A stretch of DNA of 63,279 nucleotides, counting the filler. It is 9 parts of 9 records of this genome, joined end to end, with 100 filler letters (N's around TTAATTAATTAA, not from the genome) between each part and the next. Parts side by side here need not be neighbours in the genome. Positions count along the whole stretch, not along the records: positions 10,285 to 21,972 come from SRR20825010_2903; positions 22,073 to 31,851 come from SRR20825010_2908; 7 more parts are not named here. One strand, given 5' to 3'. Below the pieces are notes generated by a model that worked only from the letters and a program-made list of their open reading frames with translations, ran no database searches and was not told the origin of the DNA. Both the position numbers and the translations under genes were made by a program. Position 1 is the stretch's first letter. Each line of letters begins with the position of its first letter. Shown here piece after piece: positions 19,687-31,951 of the stretch.

Positions 19687-20715
19687 ATGAGAATGGAAAT
19701 TTACAGTAAAGCAAAAACGGCGATTGTGGTTTTGGGAGCATTGATGTTGATCACGGTGGGGATCACTGGCACGGGCGCCGCTGCAGAAACCAAGTTAATT
19801 AGCGGTGGCATGGGGGCGCCAACCTCGGATGCGACAAAAGGGGCGGCGAAATTCGCTGAAATCGTTGCGGAGAAAACAGGCGGTAGGATTAAGATAAACC
19901 ACAACCCGGGCGGTGCACTTGGAACTGGACAGGAGCAGATGGAGGCGGTTTCCTCCGGCACGCAGCAGCTATTTATATCTGCCGGTTCGCAGGCCTCCCG
20001 ACTTGTAAAATCGATAGGCGTGATTGATGCGGCATTCCTGTTCAAAGACTTCGATCATTTGGAACGCTTTATGCAATCTGACATGTGGGCAGAGGCAAAT
20101 CAGCAGTTGATTGATCAATTTGGTGTCAGGGCGCTGGCGACGAACTGGTTCGCTCTTCCAAGGTATTTTATGAGCCGCGATAAATTCATAATGTCGGTCG
20201 ATGATGTTAAGGGTGTTCGGACACGGACATCCAGTGTTCCGATGTATGTTCAGAATTATGAGAACATGGGGGCGATCCCTGTAAAAGTGGCGTATCCGGA
20301 GCAATATTTGGCGCTGAGCCAAGGGATTGTGGATTTGACCGAATCCGCGGCAAATCGCATTCTGTCAACGAAGCTATATGAGGTTGCCCCCTTTATCACC
20401 GAATGCGACATGATGTTTCCGCAGGTTTCTGTTTTTATGAACGAAGATGCGTTCCAGAAGCTGAACCCGGAAGATCAGAAAATCCTGACAGATGCGGCAA
20501 ACGAGGCCGGTATATATTATACCAAAATTGCGGCAGACGCTTATGCCTTGCAGCGTGAGGAAATTATCTCCAAGGGGGGCAAGTTCCAACGTATGCCTGA
20601 AGAAGCCCGGCAGGATTTTGCCAAGGAAACCATGGCGGCAATGCCAGTGATGGTAGAAAAAGACCTTTTCCCTGCGGGTTGGGCTGAACGTATTATTGCA
20701 ATGCGCGATAAGTAG
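19687..20715 (+). CDS. TRAP transporter substrate-binding protein (DctP family)
   Basis: Signal peptide; GALGTGQEQMEAV, KGVRTR, YLALSQGIVD. Confidence 0.88.
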   Translation: MRMEIYSKAKTAIVVLGALMLITVGITGTGAAAETKLISGGMGAPTSDATKGAAKFAEIVAEKTGGRIKINHNPGGALGTGQEQMEAVSSGTQQLFISAGSQASRLVKSIGVIDAAFLFKDFDHLERFMQSDMWAEANQQLIDQFGVRALATNWFALPRYFMSRDKFIMSVDDVKGVRTRTSSVPMYVQNYENMGAIPVKVAYPEQYLALSQGIVDLTESAANRILSTKLYEVAPFITECDMMFPQVSVFMNEDAFQKLNPEDQKILTDAANEAGIYYTKIAADAYALQREEIISKGGKFQRMPEEARQDFAKETMAAMPVMVEKDLFPAGWAERIIAMRDK

Positions 20716-20816
20716 CGACTTCCGGTCGTCGGTGGACTCGATTAGGCATGCGAGAGCTGATTTAGGAGTCCGCTGACACTGAGTTACGCAGACAATTTGC
20801 GGGAGAGGAGTGTGTT

Positions 20817-21335
20817 GTGCAATTGCTTCATTGGCTTTGTAGGGAGATCGAGAGAATATCCAATATAGCCTGCTTTTTGTTTATGGCCGTCATTGTCGCT
20901 TCCATGAGCTGTCAGGTATTCTTTCGGTATATCCTGGATATTCCACTGACGCATACCGATGAAATCAGTCAGATGGCTCTTACATGGCTGACCTTTATTG
21001 GGGCTGGCTGGCTTTACCGCACTCAGCATCATATTACGGTTGATTTGATTTCTTTCGGCGATGACATGTCATTGACAAAAAAGATTATCACCATCTCGGT
21101 CCATCTCGCAATTGCTGTGACCGTTGCCGTAATTTTGCTGCAGCTGATCGGCCTGTCGCCGCGGGCGTTAAAGGTCGAACTCGGCACGTTGGGAGTCTCG
21201 CGGTTTACCATGCATTTCTTGCCTTTATTGATTGGCGGTGCTGTCGTTATTCTCTTCGCCATCGAGCGCATTCTGGCAACAATTCTGGGCAAAAAAATTG
21301 TGAATGCCCGCCCGCTTGGCACATCTCACGACTAG
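20817..21335 (+). CDS. TRAP small permease (DctQ family)
   Basis: QVFFRY...TDEISQ...WLTFIG...HITVD. Confidence 0.88.
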   Translation: MQLLHWLCREIERISNIACFLFMAVIVASMSCQVFFRYILDIPLTHTDEISQMALTWLTFIGAGWLYRTQHHITVDLISFGDDMSLTKKIITISVHLAIAVTVAVILLQLIGLSPRALKVELGTLGVSRFTMHFLPLLIGGAVVILFAIERILATILGKKIVNARPLGTSHD

Positions 21336-21347
21336 CAGGGAAGTTTC

Positions 21348-21972
21348 ATGTCATTCGCCATTATGCTGATACTGTTTCTTGCCCTGATCATGGTCCGGGT
21401 TCCGATTGCTTTCGCCATGTTGATGGTGGCGATGATCTATCTGATTGGGGACGACGTTCCTTTGCAGTTGCTGGCGCAAAAGCTGGCCGGGGGTGTTGAT
21501 TCATTCTCGCTGCTTGCTGTGCCATTGTTTTTGTTGGCGGGCTTCCTGATGAATACCATGGGGATTACGGAGAGGATATTCGCTTTCGCTGGCGCCCTGG
21601 TCCGTCATATTCCAGGTGGTTTGGGCCATGTAAACGTTCTCGCCTCTGTCATTTTCGCAGGGATGTCCGGATCGATTATCGCGGATGCCGGAGGGTTGGG
21701 TGCTGTCGAGATCCGGGCGATGAACCAGGCGGGCTACCGGAAGGGCTTCAGCGCGGCGATCACCGCGGCGTCCGCCTTGATAGGGCCCATTATTCCACCT
21801 TCCATTATTATGGTCATTTATGCCTTTGTGACCGAAGTTTCATTGGGTCGCCTGTTCATTGCCGGGATAATTCCAGGTTTGTTGATGGCCGGCTCGATGA
21901 TGATTTTGATCTATTTTATGGCAAAAGCCGGTCGAGAACACTGCCCGGTTATGCCACGTGCCACATTTAAAG
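21348..21972 (+). CDS. TRAP large permease (DctM family), truncated by contig end
   Basis: LLAVPLF, GGLGHVNV, GMSGS, IIPPS. Confidence 0.9.
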
Positions 21973-22072
21973 NNNNNNNNNNNNNNNNNNNNNNNNNNNN
22001 NNNNNNNNNNNNNNNNTTAATTAATTAANNNNNNNNNNNNNNNNNNNNNNNNNNNNNNNNNNNNNNNNNNNN
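21973..22072. other. Artificial contig linker
   Basis: N44-TTAATTAATTAA-N44. Confidence 0.99.
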
Positions 22073-22115
22073 CTTGCCTTATCCCGCGCAGCAGGATAGT
22101 TGTTTGACATCCTTT

Positions 22116-22544
22116 ATAGTCGCCGGTCAGGTTGATGTGCTCCCAGCCCAAGGGAGAAAGATGCCGCAGAAGCGTCTCGTCGATATCCCGGCCGTCTTCG
22201 CGCAGTGCTTGAACCGCCCGCTCCATATAAACCGTATTCCAAAGGATAATAGCGCTGACGACGAGATTGAGTCCGCTTGCACGGTAGCGTTGATTCTCGT
22301 AACTGCGATCGCGGAGTTCACCGAGCCGGTTCAGGAAGACGGCACGAGCCAGCGCGTTCTTAGCCTCGCCCTTATTCAAACCAACCTGCACGCGGCGACG
22401 CAGTTCGACGTTTTGCATCCAGTCGAGTGCGAATAATGTTCGCTCAATGCGGCCCAGCTCGCGCAATGCGATCGCGAGGCCATTCTGACGCGGATAGCTC
22501 CCGAGCTTGCGCAGCATCAGTGATGCGGTGACAGTGCCCTGCTT
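22116..22544 (-). pseudogene. tnpA: Tn3-family (Tn21/Tn501-like) transposase C-terminal remnant
   Basis: [24 protein letters not shown]...[13 protein letters not shown]...[14 protein letters not shown]; similarity stops abruptly at both ends. Confidence 0.88.
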
Positions 22545-22605
22545 ACTTTATTTCGAATTAGTAAGTGCAAGGCTGTCCTTGCCCACCCTTAAGGCCACAC
22601 CTTGA

Positions 22606-22785
22606 ATTGCTGCCCGTTTCCAGATCCACCCCACCATAGTCAGCACCTGGAAGCGCGACCTATTGGAGAGCGCGTCCGACCTCCTCGAAGGCAAGAGTAT
22701 AGTCGGTAAGCAATTCGATGAACTCAGCACGGACGAACTGTACCGTGAGATTCGCCGACTGACGGTGGAACGCAATTTTTGTTGC
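22606..22785 (+). pseudogene. IS3-family OrfA remnant
   Basis: AARFQIHPTIVSTWKRDLLESASDL...DELYREIRRLTVERNF; no intact start or OrfB. Confidence 0.65.
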
Positions 22786-22870
22786 TTAAGCTCCTGGGTG
22801 GCTCGTTCCACTTTGGCTGAGCTCCATGTATTTCACAGAGCCCTTCGGAAAATCCTTGCGAACCAAAAGC

Positions 22871-22926
22871 ACTTCATCAACCTGTCACGTCAGTGACACG
22901 ACAGTGTCATCTCTCAGCTTTACCGT
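22871..22926 (+). promoter_or_regulatory. Tandem Pho boxes and -10 element of the ptx promoter
   Basis: ACTTCAT(22871), CTGTCAC(22882), GTGACAC(22893), GTGTCAT(22904) at exact 11-bp period; TACCGT begins 10 bp after the last half-site. Confidence 0.8.
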
Positions 22927-22977
22927 TCAATTGTAACTCGCAATACGGCGAGCTTATTTATTGCAAAAGGTGATCCT

Positions 22978-24683
<1,706 letters not shown>

Positions 24684-24693
24684 GGAGTGCCCC

Positions 24694-25524
24694 ATGAACT
24701 ATACAACGACGGAACCGGCGACTCTGTCGCCGGCCCCGTCGGCCTCCGTGCTGGATGAGCACGCGAAAGGCTGGCGGAAAAAACTCGGACAGTCGCTGTT
24801 AGTGCTGCTCATCATTTTTGTCGCAAGTTGGTACGTAGGGCTGCTCAATTTCAATACACTTGCCAATGGCGTGCCAGCCATAGGCACACTCATTGGCGAA
24901 TCTCTTCCACCTGACTTCACCAATGTGGCCAGCTGGGTGTCGCCGTTAATCGACACGCTTGCGATGAGCATTGCCGGTACTGCCATTGCAGTAACCTTGT
25001 CTGTGCCACTGGCATTCCTGGCTGCGCGCAACACCTCTCCACATCCGGTGGTGTTCCAAGTAACTCGAACCCTTTTAAACGGTTTGCGTTCAGTCCCGGA
25101 ACTGATCATGGGCATCATCTTCGTGGCTGCTGTTGGTTTTGGGGCGTTGCCTGGCGTACTGGCGCTCGGTCTTCACTCCATTGGCATGGTTGGAAAGTTT
25201 TTTGCCGAAGCGATTGAGCATGTAGATGAGGCGCCAGTGGAAGCGGCCGATGCTGCCGGCGCTACTCGCTTGCAGGTGCTCTATCACGCCGTGCTGCCAC
25301 AAGCACTTCCTCAATTCGCGGACGTGTCCATTTATCGCTGGGAATACAATTTCCGTGCCTCGACCGTAATGGGCATGGTGGGTGCCGGTGGTATTGGCTT
25401 CGAATTGATGGGCTCGCTGAGAATCATGCAGTATCAGGAAGTCAGCGCCATTCTCATTGTCATCTTGTTGATGGTCACCGTCGTGGACAGTCTCAGTGGC
25501 CGCCTTCGTAAGAAATTCAAATAA
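24694..25524 (+). CDS. ptxC: Phosphite ABC transporter permease
   Basis: ATG 24694 behind GAGGAG; RSVPELI, YRWEYNFRAS (PhnE-like). Confidence 0.92.
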   Translation: MNYTTTEPATLSPAPSASVLDEHAKGWRKKLGQSLLVLLIIFVASWYVGLLNFNTLANGVPAIGTLIGESLPPDFTNVASWVSPLIDTLAMSIAGTAIAVTLSVPLAFLAARNTSPHPVVFQVTRTLLNGLRSVPELIMGIIFVAAVGFGALPGVLALGLHSIGMVGKFFAEAIEHVDEAPVEAADAAGATRLQVLYHAVLPQALPQFADVSIYRWEYNFRASTVMGMVGAGGIGFELMGSLRIMQYQEVSAILIVILLMVTVVDSLSGRLRKKFK

Positions 25525-25533
25525 GGAACGTCG

Positions 25534-26544
25534 ATGAAACCCAAGGTTGTGATAACCCATAAGATCCATGACAGTGTTCTGGATGAACTTGCCCAAGATT
25601 GCGAGCTGGTCACCAACCAATCCGGCGCCACGTTGCCCCAGGAGGAAGTGGCTGCGCGCGTTGCAGACGCTGATGCGATGATGGCGTTCATGCCAGACCG
25701 AGTTGGAGTGGAGTTCCTACAGGGGTGTCCGCGCTTGAAGGTGATTGGTGCAGCCCTGAAAGGCTATGACAACTTTGATGTGGATGCCTGCACGCGTCAT
25801 GGGGTTTGGCTGACATTTGTACCGGATTTGCTAACCGTGCCTACTGCAGAGCTAACGGTCGGGCTGACGATCAGTCTCACCCGACAAGTCAAGGCGGCGG
25901 ACCACTTCGTTCGATCCGGTGAATTTACTGGCTGGACACCACGCTTCTATGGGCAGGGGATCGAAGGCTCACGGATTGGTATTGTGGGTATGGGGGCCAT
26001 CGGCCAAGCGGTGGCGCAGCGCCTGAACGGATGGGGAGCGGATTTAATCTATTCCCAGCCGGAACGTTTACCCGTGCAGCATGAGCAGGCACTGGGTTTG
26101 TCCCATACTCCCCTCAAGATGCTGCTGGCCCAGTCAGATATTGTGATCCTGGCACTGGCGCTCAATGAGCAAACCCTCCACACCATTAATCGCGAAACGC
26201 TAACAGGAATGAAACCGGGCGCATTCCTTATCAATCCCTGCCGTGGATCTGTGGTGGATGAGGGTAGTGTTCTGCAAGCGCTTCAATCCGGTCAGTTGGG
26301 GGGGTACGCCGCTGATGTGTTTGAGATGGAAGATTGGGCGAGAGAAGATCGTCCGAGGGAGATCGCCCAGGGGCTCAGGGCCCACCCCAACACGCTGTTT
26401 ACTGCTCACATCGGATCGGCAGTCAGCCAGGTGCGTCTGGCTATCGAGCAACGCGCTGCTCGGAACATTCTGCAAGTGCTTCGGGGTGAGCGGCCGGGTG
26501 ATGCGATCAATGATCCCAGTGGCCGCGAGAGCGGCCCATGCTGA
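25534..26544 (+). CDS. ptxD: Phosphite dehydrogenase
   Basis: [39 protein letters not shown]76, R237, E266, H292 fall at the canonical positions. Confidence 0.96.
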   Translation: MKPKVVITHKIHDSVLDELAQDCELVTNQSGATLPQEEVAARVADADAMMAFMPDRVGVEFLQGCPRLKVIGAALKGYDNFDVDACTRHGVWLTFVPDLLTVPTAELTVGLTISLTRQVKAADHFVRSGEFTGWTPRFYGQGIEGSRIGIVGMGAIGQAVAQRLNGWGADLIYSQPERLPVQHEQALGLSHTPLKMLLAQSDIVILALALNEQTLHTINRETLTGMKPGAFLINPCRGSVVDEGSVLQALQSGQLGGYAADVFEMEDWAREDRPREIAQGLRAHPNTLFTAHIGSAVSQVRLAIEQRAARNILQVLRGERPGDAINDPSGRESGPC

Positions 26545-27398
26545 ATCTTGTCTGGCTGAAGAGTTTCGTGGCGGTGCTGGACCACAACGGGTTTCAGGCC
26601 GCAGCCCGCCAGTTGGACATCGCACAACCCACACTGTCCCAGCACCTTCAAAAACTCGAAAACCAACTTGGCGTTTTATTGGTCCACAGGGGGCGCTCTG
26701 GCTGTGAGCCAACCCGGGCTGCCTTAACCTTGTTGCCTTTTGCCCGAAGTCTGCTCCGGCTGGAGGAGCAGGCGAGATCTTCCATTATGGAGGCTCGACT
26801 TCGCGTTGGGGCGAGCTCCAATATTGGGATTTATATGCTCCAGCCCTACATCCGTCGTTACAAGGAGCTGGGCGTAGGGCCCGAGGTGGATGTGGTAATA
26901 GATTCCAATCCGACTATTGCACGGCATTTATCGGACGGTGAGCTGGACGTGGCGATTATGGAGTGGTGGCATGATCTACCCGGATTCCATGCTCAGGCGT
27001 GGCGTAACGAGCCCGTTGTTCTAATCGTTCCGCCTGGTCACCCGTTAGCCCGTCGAACCGATATCGACCGCGATACGCTGTCTAACATGGCTCTGATCGG
27101 CGGCGAACCCGGCACCGGCACTGGCCGGCTTTTGGCGACCTACTTCGGTGAGCATGGGCCATTTCCGACGGTATCTATGCAGCTGGGTAGCACCGAAGCC
27201 GTCAAGCAAGCGGTTAAGGTCGGACTTGGCGCATCGTTGGTGCTTGAAAGTTCTGTACGGGAGGAGGTCCAAAATGGAAGTCTGGTGGCTATTCCCGTGA
27301 GTGAGCCTGGCCTTAGCAAGGAGCTGATGGTGATTTATCCGAGCAGCCTGGACAAACACAGGCCAGTATACTCGTTTGTTGGGCATCTCTGTGAATAG
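26538..27398 (+). CDS. ptxE: LysR-family regulator of the ptx operon
   Basis: Lys[27 protein letters not shown]; overlaps the ptxD stop. Confidence 0.9.
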   Translation: MLNLVWLKSFVAVLDHNGFQAAARQLDIAQPTLSQHLQKLENQLGVLLVHRGRSGCEPTRAALTLLPFARSLLRLEEQARSSIMEARLRVGASSNIGIYMLQPYIRRYKELGVGPEVDVVIDSNPTIARHLSDGELDVAIMEWWHDLPGFHAQAWRNEPVVLIVPPGHPLARRTDIDRDTLSNMALIGGEPGTGTGRLLATYFGEHGPFPTVSMQLGSTEAVKQAVKVGLGASLVLESSVREEVQNGSLVAIPVSEPGLSKELMVIYPSSLDKHRPVYSFVGHLCE

Positions 27399-27411
27399 CT
27401 ATTGGGTCCAC

Positions 27412-27579
27412 CTCACGCATATCTAGCTGGGAATGCAGATACTGAGCCTCACGCTCACTTCGACAACGCAGTATTCCGTCATCTGCATATCGGCAGAATG
27501 GGATATCCGGATGACGAACGGTCAGCCAACGATCCAATGCATAATGCAGAAACAGGTTTGCCAGAACTGGCGATAACGG
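27412..27579 (-). pseudogene. Group II intron reverse transcriptase fragment
   Basis: LSPVLANLFLHYALDRW...PFCRYADDG (RT4-RT5 with YADD); no other RT blocks nearby. Confidence 0.8.
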
Positions 27580-27782
27580 ATATTCATTCGCGTACCCGCT
27601 ATTGGAATTAACGGCGGATTTCTCGCTCTGTTCGCCCAATGAGTGTAGTTGCAGAATTGAATTTTTAAAGCACAACTCATGCTGAAATGAAAATTATTTA
27701 GCAAGGGCCAGTCGTCGACTAATTACTGCGCAACTTTATGAATTGTGGAAAAAATGGTGTCGATATCATTGATGCCAAAGGC

Positions 27783-28478
27783 TTAGCGTACAATTTTTTC
27801 CGTTTCGTGAACTGACCCCTGCTTGGTGGTGTAGAGCATCCGGGCCCGCATCACCTCGAATGAGTAGCCCCGGCCATCGCGGTTCTTGTCCTTGGCCAGC
27901 CGGTTGATCGACTCCGTGAAGGCATTGGTGACTGGGATGTCGTCAATCCAGGCAGCCAGCGCCTGCTCAGCATCTCGCCGGCTGGCACAGTCCCAGATGT
28001 GGTAGAACCGCTCCTTGTGCTCGTAGGCTGCCAGGAGCTGGGGGAAGGCCCCCATTCAGGTTTCCATGATGAGACGTTCGCGGTCGGAGACGTCGTGAGC
28101 CCGCTTCAGCAAGGTCTTCCGGTCACCCTTGAGGGTTCGGCGTTGGTTGGCCTTCAGCTCCTTCCTGAGCCCCTTGCGGACCTTCTCCAGGGCTTCGTTG
28201 GCCATACGCACAACATGGAACTTATCGACCACGATGCGGGCCTGTGGCAGCGCCGCCTGGACGGCACGGCGATATGGCTTCCACATGTCCATGCTGACGA
28301 TCTCGATCTTGTCGCGCTCGGTCATGCTCATGAGCCGCTTCGTCACTGCCTCCTGCTGACGACCGGGCAGCAGGTCTAACAAGGTACGCTCCTCCAGGTT
28401 GGTCAGGATGCAGAGGTAGCGGCGGTTCAGGTACAGCTCGTCGATACCTAGGTAGCGGGGTGTCTCGAAGCGGTGCGC
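27783..28478 (-). pseudogene. ISL3-family transposase remnant
   Basis: LGIDE, SMDMWKPY, VVDKFHVV, then an in-frame TGA at 28056-28058 before GAFPQL...TNAFTESIN...GRGYSF; 5' truncated and apparently internally deleted. Confidence 0.85.
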
Positions 28479-28482
28479 ACTT

Positions 28483-28646
28483 GCGGTACCTCGCAGACTT
28501 CGCCAGGTTGCCGATCCAGGCACCGGAACCCCCCAGGGCGATCAGGGCCAAGGTGCCCAGACAGCAGGCCGACGCGAGCAGGCTGCAACCCCGCCTGCGA
28601 TTAACGACTCGCGACCGGATTGTGACTCGGAATTCAACTCTGATAT
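28483..28646 (-). pseudogene. merT: Frameshifted, truncated merT remnant
   Basis: Minus strand reads SGRESLIAGGVAA, then after a frameshift LASACCLGTLALIALGGSGAWIGNL...YR; ATA in place of the start; fused to the ISL3 remnant. Confidence 0.8.
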
Positions 28647-28683
28647 TGCAATTACACCTTCTACGGCCTTGTTCGATAGGTTA

Positions 28684-28714
28684 AGCTTGAGGCCGTAGTC
28701 AACTACGGAGTCAA
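28684..28714 (-). promoter_or_regulatory. mer operator/promoter (PmerT)
   Basis: TTGACT-19 bp-CAAGCT with dyad CCGTAG-N4-CTACGG in the spacer; classic MerR architecture. Confidence 0.88.
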
Positions 28715-28719
28715 GGCAA

Positions 28720-29184
28720 ATGCCGGATGAAATGAACTCATTGACCATCGGGGGGCTGGCTAAGGCGGCGAACGTCTCAGTTGAGACCATCCGCTACTAC
28801 CAGCGACGTGGGTTAATACCTGAGCCCCAGCGTCCTCTCGGGGGTATTCGACGCTACGGTCCCAGCGATATCGGCAGGTTGAGCTTTGTGAAAACATCGC
28901 AGCAGTTAGGCTTCAGTCTCGATGAGGTCAGCGACCTGCTCCGACTCGAAGACGGCACCCACTGCCAGGAAGCCAGCACTCTCGCGGAGCGCAAGTTGCA
29001 CGACGTACGTGGGAAGATCGAAAAGCTACAGCAAATTGAGGTTTTACTGAGCGCCATGGTTGATCGGTGCTGCGCCCAAGAGGGCAATATCTCGTGCCCC
29101 TTAATTGCGTCATTACATGAAGGGGTTGGGCGAAAATTTTGTACCTACCCTAGCCAGAGTGGGCCCCCTGCCAAACCTCAGTGA
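28720..29184 (+). CDS. merR: Hg(II)-responsive regulator MerR
   Basis: [26 protein letters not shown]82, C117, C126 present. Confidence 0.92.
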   Translation: MPDEMNSLTIGGLAKAANVSVETIRYYQRRGLIPEPQRPLGGIRRYGPSDIGRLSFVKTSQQLGFSLDEVSDLLRLEDGTHCQEASTLAERKLHDVRGKIEKLQQIEVLLSAMVDRCCAQEGNISCPLIASLHEGVGRKFCTYPSQSGPPAKPQ

Positions 29185-29282
29185 CAAAGGGCAACCCCGC
29201 AGGCCCTCAGAATGTCCAGTGTGACCAGCAGAGTACGGCGGGGAAGTTTTTGGGCAACAGCCCCAAACAGAGGTGCTATTAG

Positions 29283-29474
29283 GGCGTAGGCAATCATCTT
29301 CAGGGCCAGCGCAATGCCGAGCACCTGGCCCGCACTGCCGCCCGTCAGTCATGGGCCAGCGGCGCCAGCGCCACCGTCGTTAGCCCGGTCCCTGCCAGAG
29401 CGATTAGCTGGGCACTAGAAAGGCGTTGGTAGGTGTGAATGATCAGTGGGGGGGGAAAGATGCTCAATGGCCAT
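29283..29474 (-). pseudogene. NreB/NrsD-like MFS metal-efflux N-terminal remnant
   Basis: Frameshifted HTYQRLSSAQLIALAGTGLTTVALAPLAHD / TGGSAGQVLGIALALKMIAY. Confidence 0.65.
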
Positions 29475-29699
29475 AGCTCGAATCAGTCTGCGGTGTGGTG
29501 TAACGATTCAATAAATCGGGGAACCGGCGATCGATGACCGAATAATCCCGTAACGTAAAGCGAGCGTGGCGTTCACAAAATAACGGGCGGTTCCTTTGGT
29601 CTTGACGAATTGCTGCCTACTATAAGCAATGCCCCCCTCAAGAGCGAAAGTACTGTGGGCTAATGCCTTTCACTGGAACCCCATAGCGAAGAACTGCGT

Positions 29700-31851
29700 A
29701 TGAGTAGCCTCCATGAAACCGCCTATCCGCGATTGAAGGCGGTGGTCTCGGATCAAGAACTGGCAGAAATTTATACACCCTCTACCCAGGAACGATCCTT
29801 TGCCCGAAAGCACGGTCGAACTCCGGCTGCTCGTGGCGCCCTACTCATTCTCCTGAAAACAGTGCAGCGTCTGGGCTACTTTGTCCATCTCAAAGCCGTT
29901 CCCCAATCCATTACAACGCACATTCTGGCGTGCGACGACCTTTCACATCTCGCATTGAGCCAGCTCAGGGTCTACGACCGCAATGGCGGCGCCCGTCAGC
30001 GGATGCTGGAGACGGTTCGTCAACAGGTGGGCATCAAGGCGTTCACCGTTGAAGGCAAGGCAATTGTACGGGAACTAGCGCGTGAAGCGGCCACCACCAA
30101 GCAGGACCTGGCGGACATCATCAATGTGGTGATTGAAGAGCTGGTGCGCCAGCGTTTTGAGTTACCGGGTTTTTCAACGTTGCAACGGACCGCGCGTCAG
30201 GCTCGCAGCACGGTCAATACCGGTTACTTTCGGACGCTCAATGTGGGTTTGACAGCGCATCAAAAAAACGAATTTGACCAGTTGCTGCAAGTGCCGGATG
30301 ATTCCCCTCATACCAGTTGGCATAAGTTGAAACAGGAACCCAAAAAGCCGACCAATACGGAAGTGAAGAAGTATCTTCAGCACCTGGAATGGCTTCAGGG
30401 TTGGTGTCAACAATTGCCCGCTGTTGATCACATTCCCGCCGCCAAATATCACCACTTCATACTGGAAGCACGAGCGCTGGGCGCGGCCAACATCAAGGCC
30501 ATGCAAAGCACCAAACGCTACGCTTTGATGGTTCTGCTGGTCCATGCCCAATTGCGTCGCGCGATGGACGATGCGGTCGACATCTTTGTTCGCAAGATGC
30601 GCAACATCAAAACCAAGGCAGAAGCCAACCTGAACCAGTATCACCTGGATCACATGAAACGCATGGACAGGCTGGTGGCTCAACTGCGTGACGTACTGAC
30701 CGCCGTCCAGGAAGCGCCAACGGACTCCGAGCGAGGTGCCCGAGTGGCGGCTGCCATCCAGAGCGATCCTGATGAATTACTGGCAGAGTGTGAGGAACAC
30801 ATGGCCTATGCTGGCAATAACTTCATCCCGTTCATGCTGCAACCCTACCGCCCGTTACGCCCCCTGTTATTCAATTGCCTTGAACTACTGGATCTGGCGG
30901 CAACCAGCCACGATCAATCTTTGATTGAGGCGATTGCGACTCTGAAAAAGCACCGGCACAGCCGTAAGGAATGCCTTGTCCTCAGTAGTCAACCCGTCGA
31001 CGTGTCCTGGCTACCGGAGCGTTGGCGCCGTTTGGTATTGGGGACCGGGCCAAGCCAGCTGCCCCCCGGGATGGTCTACCGGAAGTATTTCGAGCTGGGC
31101 GTACTGACACAGGTGAAGCGTGAACTGATTTCCGGCGATCTCGCGGTCGCGAATAGCGACCAGTACAGTGACTACCGCGATCAGCTGGTGGATTGGAGTG
31201 TCTATGATGCCCAGATAGCGGACTACAGTGCGATGATTGATATCGAATCCGACCCAGCCGCTTTTGTGGTACAAGCCCACTCCCGGTTGAGCGAAACGGC
31301 CGACCGCATTGACCGTGGCTTCCCGGAGAATGAATACGCCGTCTTCCATGGTGAAGATCTGGTGATCCGGAAGCACCGCCGTAGAGCGCCTCCGGATGGG
31401 TTAGCTGAGATTGATAAGCAGTTATCCCAAAATATGCCCGAAAAGAACATTCTCGACATCCTGGTGGAAGCCGAAAAATGGCTGGGCCTCCACAAACGCT
31501 TTGGGCCACTTTCCGGATTTGAGGGCAAGCTGGACGACCCCCGTACCCGCTTTGTTTCGACCTTATTTTGCTATGGCTGCAATCTCGGGCCAACTCAGAC
31601 CGCGCGATCCATCACGACGCTTAATCGCCGGCAGGTGTCCTGGCTCAACCTGCGGCACGTCACCGAAGAGCGCCTGGAGCAGGCGATTGTACAGGTTATC
31701 AATGCCTACAACCGCTACCGGCTGCCGCGACACTGGGGAACTGGCCAGCGGGCCGCCGCCGATGGCACAAAATGGAACCTGTACGAACAGAATCTGCTAT
31801 CGGAATACCACATACGGTACGGTGGCTATGGCGGGGTGGGCTACTACCACG
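29700..31851 (+). mobile_element. tnpA: Tn3-family transposase (open to contig end)
   Basis: HETAYPRLK N-terminus, RFELPGFSTL, YGCNLG, AADGTKW...EYHIRYGGYGG. Confidence 0.9.
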
Positions 31852-31951
31852 NNNNNNNNNNNNNNNNNNNNNNNNNNNNNNNNNNNNNNNNNNNNTTAAT
31901 TAATTAANNNNNNNNNNNNNNNNNNNNNNNNNNNNNNNNNNNNNNNNNNNN
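31852..31951. other. Artificial contig linker
   Basis: N44-TTAATTAATTAA-N44. Confidence 0.99.

Noticed and set aside
27313-27675. Novel stand-alone RT system (retron, DGR or defence RT) linked to ptx
   Set aside because: Only about 56 codons resemble group II RT; no other RT motifs, ncRNA or template/variable repeats were seen
29534-29562. dif/pdif-like site upstream of the Tn3 transposase (GAATAA-TCCCG-TAACGTAAAG)
   Set aside because: Spacer would be 5 bp rather than 6 and the arms match poorly
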